Below, one piece after another: positions 57,842 to 64,000 of a stretch of 64,000 bases of DNA. Both the position numbers and the translations under genes were made by a program. This DNA is from Octopus vulgaris (taxonomy: Eukaryota): positions 43,462,001-43,526,000 of the forward strand of contig OX597823.1 of the NCBI GenBank assembly GCA_951406725.2, read 5' to 3'. Position 1 is the stretch's first letter. Every line of letters begins with the position of its first letter. Under the pieces are notes generated by a model, which worked only from the letters and a program-made list of their open reading frames with translations, ran no database searches and had not been told where the DNA came from.

Positions 57842-58849
57842 CAGATAGATAGATAGATTTGTAAATAACAAAAAACATTTATTTTATTTTTTTAGTTATT
57901 CAATGATTTGATCTGTAATTACAGTTGTAATCGTCGCAGTTATTTTCGTAAAAAAATTAACCAAGAAAAAAAAAAGAGTAGAATAAGAGAGAAGGGGGTG
58001 GCGTGTCGGTAATTGCTTCTGAGGAAGCCACGTGATATTCAAATATCATGGCAGCCGATAATATTGACAAGCAACAAGAAGCTAACAGGAAACCGCTATA
58101 TTAGGTTTTAATGGATTCCTTTTTGCTTAACGGAATCTTACAACTCTTGCATATACTTTTGAATAAACCATCGGATTACACAAACAATGTAGGACATATG
58201 AAGATGGGTTTGTATGGTGTAGCGAGGTATGCTTTGGTGTAGTGTTCTTCTTTTAGTAGTCGTGTACTTCGCATTTTCCTTAATTGTAATGCACCGGATA
58301 GATTTGCTACAAACTCTCTTCTTTCTTTCTAAGCAAATACTGCTCACACATTGAAGAATATGATGCTTGATTAAAATGTTATTCCAGTAATATTAACCCT
58401 GTTTATAGATTTGCTCTAAATTCTCATCGCTGCTCGTCGTACTTTTAATTGAGAAAGAACTAGTTTTTTACTTACTGACTGACTGACTGACTGACTGCTT
58501 GACAGTGATTGACATATATTTGTTGCTATTAATATTTAAGTAGAATTCTTCGTGTTTTTATTATTATTATTCCAAGTTGAGCTTCGTCAGAGTCAACTTT
58601 GCCTTCTGTCATTCAGATATTTCATAGCTAACATTATGCGCCAGTTAAATGCTGAATAGATATAGTTATTTTTAATGTACGGTTAGTATCGGACAAAATG
58701 CCCTCTCGTGTTTGTTCCGGCTCATTACATCCTCAGTTCAAATAACGCAGCAGTCAACCTTATTCTTTCATCCTTTCGAGGTCAATAAGATATGGTATAA
58801 ATTAAATCGTCTAAACGCTCTTCTTCTGAAACATTTTTGATGATGCTTT

Positions 58850-59812
58850 GATTTATGTTCGCACCACTTTTTTGCTATGTCAAGTCCATACTTGGTGCAT
58901 TATCATGACGTCTCTTATATTCTTTATGGGCTAGTGACGTACATTGACTGGTACATTGACGTACATTGACATACAGTTTCACCATTTTGCCCACAAATTC
59001 TCCACATATCAGTTTCTGATGTGTTGTCTATTCTGTATTTGATGTAATTTGTTCTTAATGCTTGCTATTGGGCAGCACAATTTAGAGCCTCCGTTTCCGG
59101 TTTTAAATCACTTTTAGTCATCCACAACCATCTTTTTTTCTCTGTCTGTCTTGTCAACATCCCTATGAAATTATCCATGCATTCTTTTCTTTATCCACCT
59201 ATTTTCAGTTTCATTCATTCTCAAGTGTTTGTACTGTGCTTTATCTATGCAATCTTCTATCCTACACAAGACTGACCTTTTTACATCCAATAATAGCGGT
59301 TCTGTGGTATTTTTTATATACCATGCTATGTTGTTTTCTTCTGCTCTGATGCTGTGTTCGCATCCAATCAGTCCTCTTCCTCTTTTTTCTCGTGGTACAT
59401 ACAGTGTGTCTATGTCACTTTTTGAGTGGAGTATCCCATATCTAGTCAGCAACTTCTTTCCCTTTTTGTCTAAACTGTTTAGTTCGTCTACTGTCCACGA
59501 GGTTACCCCTACTCCATATCTAAAGCGTAAAACCGTCCATGGGTTTGTAGCTTCAATCTTATTCTGTCCGTTTACTTTCGACTTAAGGGTCAGTTTCAGT
59601 CTGCGCAAGTACTCCACCTTACATTCTTCTGTCATTTCTTTCTCCATCAATTTATCCATTTCCAATATCCCCAAGTACTTATAGTCCATCTCTTCTATCT
59701 GCTTCATAACCTCCCCCGATGGTATTGCTAGCCCGCCCATACATTTGATTTTGCCTCCCTTCAAGACTAACACATCACACTTTTTCAGTCCGATCTCCAT
59801 TCTCCATTCTGA
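58850..59812 (-). mobile_element. R4/Dong-clade non-LTR retrotransposon fragment (late RT, thumb, decayed CCHC)
   Basis: MEIGLKKC...YKYLGILE...EYLRRLKLTLKSKVNGQNKIEATN...LYVPREKRGRGLIG; the 5' truncation point abuts (TAA)n. Confidence 0.85.
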
Positions 59813-59912
59813 GAATATTATTGCTATTATTATTGTTATTATTATTGTTGTTGTTGTTGTTGTTATTATTATTATTATTATTAGTACTATATTTTTTTTT
59901 ACTATTATTATT

Positions 59913-60377
59913 GAGTAAGAGAGCAGTGCATGCCATCAAAGTGACACTGGGGTAAAATATACGAAGCCCAATATATCCATTATGAATATCCATCTGATAA
60001 GGATACACCAGACACGTACATCACAAACATATGTGCACGACATGGTGACCTCGTATAAAAATAATCAGTGCATGAACTTGCAGGTGGGATCCAGTTATAG
60101 TTCTTTTCAGGTCGAGTAGACCATCCCGCACAAAAGGTCCCTGAATCAGCGATATTTAAGGATGTTGAAACACCCATATATCCAAAAGTGAATTATCCAA
60201 ATCCAAAAGAATTCCTCTCAACGCATCGCTATGATGCTCCCTCACTACATCTGCACGTAATCAGAGATGCACATATCGTCAGCCACAAAGGGACATGCTC
60301 AACTGCTTAAGGTCAAACAACTGACAAGCAAATATGTGGTATTGAGCAGGATATTTGTTGTAGCCCATCTTTTACAC

Positions 60378-60379
<2 letters not shown>
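59913..60379 (-). mobile_element. ~470-bp non-coding retroposon-like element, copy 1, bounded by (TAA)n
   Basis: Colinear end to end with copy 2; both ends run into TTA repeats; no conserved ORF. Confidence 0.85.
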
Positions 60380-60452
<73 letters not shown>

Positions 60453-60477
60453 CATCATTATTATTATTATTATTATT

Positions 60478-60948
60478 GAGTGAGAGAGCAGTGCATGGCA
60501 TCAAAGTGACACTGCTGTAAAATATACGAAGCCCAGTATACCCATCGTGACTACCCGTCTGATAACGGTACACTAGGCACATGCATAACAAACATATGTG
60601 CACGACATGGTGATCTCATATCAAGATAAACAGCACATGACCTTGCAAGTGGGACCTAATCAGAATTTTCTTCTGGTCGAGTAACCCATCCTGCTCAAAA
60701 GGTCCCTGAATAAAGGTTGTTTAAGGATGTTGAACGAAACATCCATGTTTCCAGAGGTGAATTATTCAAACCCCAAAGAATTCCTCTCAACACATGGCTA
60801 TGATGTTCCCACACTACTTCTGCCCGTGATCAAAGATGCACATATCGTCAGCCACTAAGAGACATACTCAACTGCTTAAGGTCAAACAACTGACAAGCAA
60901 ATATGTGGTATTGAGCAGGATATTTGTTGTAGCCCATCTTGTACACCA
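60478..60948 (-). mobile_element. ~470-bp non-coding retroposon-like element, copy 2, bounded by (TAA)n
   Basis: Same termini as copy 1 (plus strand GAGT.AGAGAGCAGTGCATG ... GTAGCCCATCTT.TACACCA). Confidence 0.85.
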
Positions 60949-60951
60949 TTA

Positions 60952-61000
<49 letters not shown>

Positions 61001-61566
61001 CATTACCTCTGCCTAAGTGAAGGCGGAGGTATTGTGTTCAGTCGTATTTGTTTGTTTATCGGTGGACAAGGTATCGCAAAAAATGCTGGGTGAATTCCGA
61101 TAAAACTTTCATGGATGTTTGGCCTGATGTTTGGCCTGCCATGGTGTCGTTAGATTGTGGGATCGATTCGGTACCGAACATGGATTCTGGATTATTTTTT
61201 TATATTTTCTCTACTTTATATGCATATGTAAAGTTTCACATAGTTATCCTGTACCTGCACACATACACACATATACTCACACATTTTCAGCGTTGAATAT
61301 TGCCAACTCATTTCCATTGTACACACACATACACGCATGCAAACATAGATCTCTTTTACACACGCATATACTCACACTTCAAACGCCGTTTATCGGCTTT
61401 TTCACTCCTTCGCCCTTTCTCATTCACACGACGCTGTCTTTGCCACTTCGTTTCGTCTTTCTCATTGTCATTACTTTTTTTCCCTCCCTCTCAGTCATGG
61501 CTATTACTCTCACTAATTCTCCACCACTGTATTGGCATTTAATCTCCTTTCACTTTACTTCTCATG

Positions 61567-61606
<40 letters not shown>

Positions 61607-61770
61607 ATTATTTGTCCGTTTCAGAGCGATCGGGATCATTTTTAGTATTCTTGTTTTTGAGAGCAATCCATTTTATTTCAGATATTCTTATTTTAAAGAT
61701 CATCTCCAGTTAATTCTTGAGAGGATGTTGGTGTTGCGTTGGCGGAAGCTTGCACTCTCCGAGTGATTTG
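61001..61770 (+). mobile_element. Helentron-type non-autonomous element (HINE/DINE-like)
   Basis: Terminal hairpin ACCTCTGCCT-AAGTGA-AGGCGGAGGT, short TTTG repeat, far end TTGGCGGAAGCTTGCACTCTCCGAGTG as a subterminal inverted copy. Confidence 0.65.
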
Positions 61771-62940
61771 TTATTATTATTATCATTTCTTATTTATCAC
61801 AGGTTCTGTTGGAACTCCTGGAGCCTTGCATACATAGCGGGCTTGCTGCCTGCAGCATACGGTACCATGGCATCCGTTCTTTTCAACTATCTAATACTTC
61901 CCTAATTATATAAGGAGGCAAACTTTTTGCAACAGCTCTACTGGGTACTCCGTACTGGGTATTCCGATTTCTTTTATATTCCTCTTGATGCTTTCTAATA
62001 CTGTCCCCAAGAAGCCATAAATAATTGGCACTATCTTCACCTTCTTCCTTTTCCAGAGCCAGGCTATATCGTACTTAAGAGGGTTGCATTGATCTATTTT
62101 TTCACCTTCCTTCTTGAGTGTTGGTGGATCAAAGGGGTATGCAACATCAGCTATATAGAACATGTGGTGCATCTTGTCAACTACCACTAGGTCCGGTCTG
62201 TTACGCTCTAGCACCTGATCTGTTTGGATTGGGAAGTTCTCGAGTCCGCCACTCATTACGGTTTGTGCTCATACCACGTCTTGCCTCTCTCTAGTCCCCA
62301 CTTTTCGTACGGTTTCCAATGTAGAACTTTCGCTACCTTATCATGTCGCCACAACTTGTAGTGGTTTGGAGCAATTCTAGGGTATTCGCTCGTGATATGG
62401 GCAATGGCTTCATCCACTCTATTACAGATGCGGCACAGTGGAGAAACTTTCTCATTCCTAAGGTTGACTCGCCAATTTGTTGCCAAAGCTTAATCTTGCA
62501 CCTCCAGAATAGGGCTCTCGGTCTCTTTTTTCGGTGGTCCTCTCTGCAGCCAATCCCACATAGGTTTTCAAGCAACTTCTGTTGTGGCTACATGGGATTG
62601 ACTGTGTAGTCCCTTTTTGTGTAATGCTTCCTCATGTCCTTTTTGTACTTCTTCCTTTCTTTTTCCAAACTCTCCATTCTTAACTGACACTAGCAAGGTT
62701 TCCTTATTTTTGGACAGGGATTTCATTAAGCTTTCAAGTTTGATATGTACACAGTCTTCCACGCTTATCAGTTCCCTTCCTCCATTTGCTCTCTCCATGT
62801 ATACGCGATCAGTGTCTGCATGTGGATGGTGGGCTCCATGCATCGTTAGGAGCTTTCTTGTCTTCCTGTCCATCTCCTTTAGCTCCCCCTCTCTCCACTT
62901 TAGGATTCCAGCGCCATACCGAACTACTGTGACTGAGCTT
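61771..62940 (-). mobile_element. R4/Dong-clade retrotransposon 3' portion with CCHC, restriction-like endonuclease and (TAA)n tail
   Basis: YGAGILKW..ELKEMDRKTRKLLT, CRICNRVDEAIAHITS, RHDKVA, RPDLVVVDK...IADVAYPFD...EKID...VKIVPII; the 3'UTR ends in TAA repeats near 61771-61785. Confidence 0.9.
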
Positions 62941-64000
62941 GGAAGAACTAAATTTAAGGATTCTGAGGTTTTGAACTTAATAACAAAACTAATTAATTTA
63001 GTATATGCCCAATTCGATTTTCTTGCAGAATATATCATCGTAAACAATGCCAAGACATCCCAAGTCACTTTTAAAAGTACAGCTATGAATTCTCACTTAC
63101 ATATACATGTACGTACATGTACATATATTTACACACATCTTTACATAAATATATAATACATGCAAGAACAGAGATTTTGGCGAAGTTAGAAAATATTTTT
63201 CAGGAAGTCCATCGAGTAAAAGTTACCATTATTCAATAAGTAACATCTCTGAGCTAATAAATAAATATTCGTTATAATAAACTAGAGTCAAAATAGTGAA
63301 CTGTCAATGACAATGTCTGTATACATTAGATTCATTTGAAGTAGGTGTCGTCTGCCACCGTGAACAAAATATATGAGAACTGTAATTCATATTGACTTTA
63401 TCTCCACAAGAATCAATGTTACCATCTTCGGTAAGAAAATAACCATTTTCATTAATAGAAACTTCTTAGAGGTTTTAGTCTTTATTTCTTTTCCTTTATT
63501 CATTCTTTTATATTATTTTATTATTTTTTCGATATTATTTTCATTCTGTAATATCTCATGATAATCTAAAATAACTGTATAAGATATAAGATACATCGAT
63601 AATTATTTTCCATGACTAGGAACAAGAGCCACGTTACATTTTATTAAGAAAACGGCGCGAGAGAAATATAGTGGATGGAATTATTCTCTGAACAAAAAGG
63701 TACACTGTACAGAATAGGTCAATAACACAGGTTTGTTGCTGTTGTAGCAATTGACATTATTGTAGTTGATCCCGGGATTAGCTCTGGATTCTTGCCGAGA
63801 CAATCCAGTCTTTTTCTAGTTGTAATGTGCGTAAGGTGTATTTCTTTGTTTAAGACGTTATGGTTAGCACTCTGAGGATAATTAAACAGCTTTCCTTAGT
63901 AAGCTTTGCGACCATGTTCAGCTACTCCGTTACCATGTTTTTGGCAAAGGTAGTTAACATTAAATTCACCTGGTCTAGCTATACAAAATACTTTATCCGT

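Noticed and set aside
58190-58330. Minus frame KERREFVANLSGALQLRKMR... after a TTAG acceptor-like site
   Set aside because: Weak polypyrimidine tract, no clear donor, no recognisable homology

Overview
AT-rich eukaryotic intronic/intergenic DNA, very rich in microsatellites. The SINE families and repeat landscape resemble octopus (cephalopod) genomes; this is recognition from memory, not a database result. Most ORFs in the track are translated simple repeats. The non-repetitive islands are mostly transposon remnants: Helitron, mariner/Tc1/maT/Tigger, hAT, a MITE, CR1, RTE, Tx1, R4/Dong, Penelope-like, a probable solo LTR and Helentron-type non-autonomous elements. Many copies of two tRNA-type SINE families are interspersed. 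One credible host exon, encoding a transmembrane segment, lies at 18118-18253 (minus). Main leads: (i) a SINE subfamily whose 3' tail matches the 3' end of a Tx1-type LINE in this window and joins other SINE copies at one fixed site three times; (ii) a ~470-bp non-coding retroposon with a pseudoknotted 5' region, in tandem inside (TAA)n between two R4/Dong fragments; (iii) several minimal hammerhead-ribozyme-like motifs linked to Penelope-like and fold-back structures. Boundaries of degenerate elements are approximate and similarities were judged by eye.
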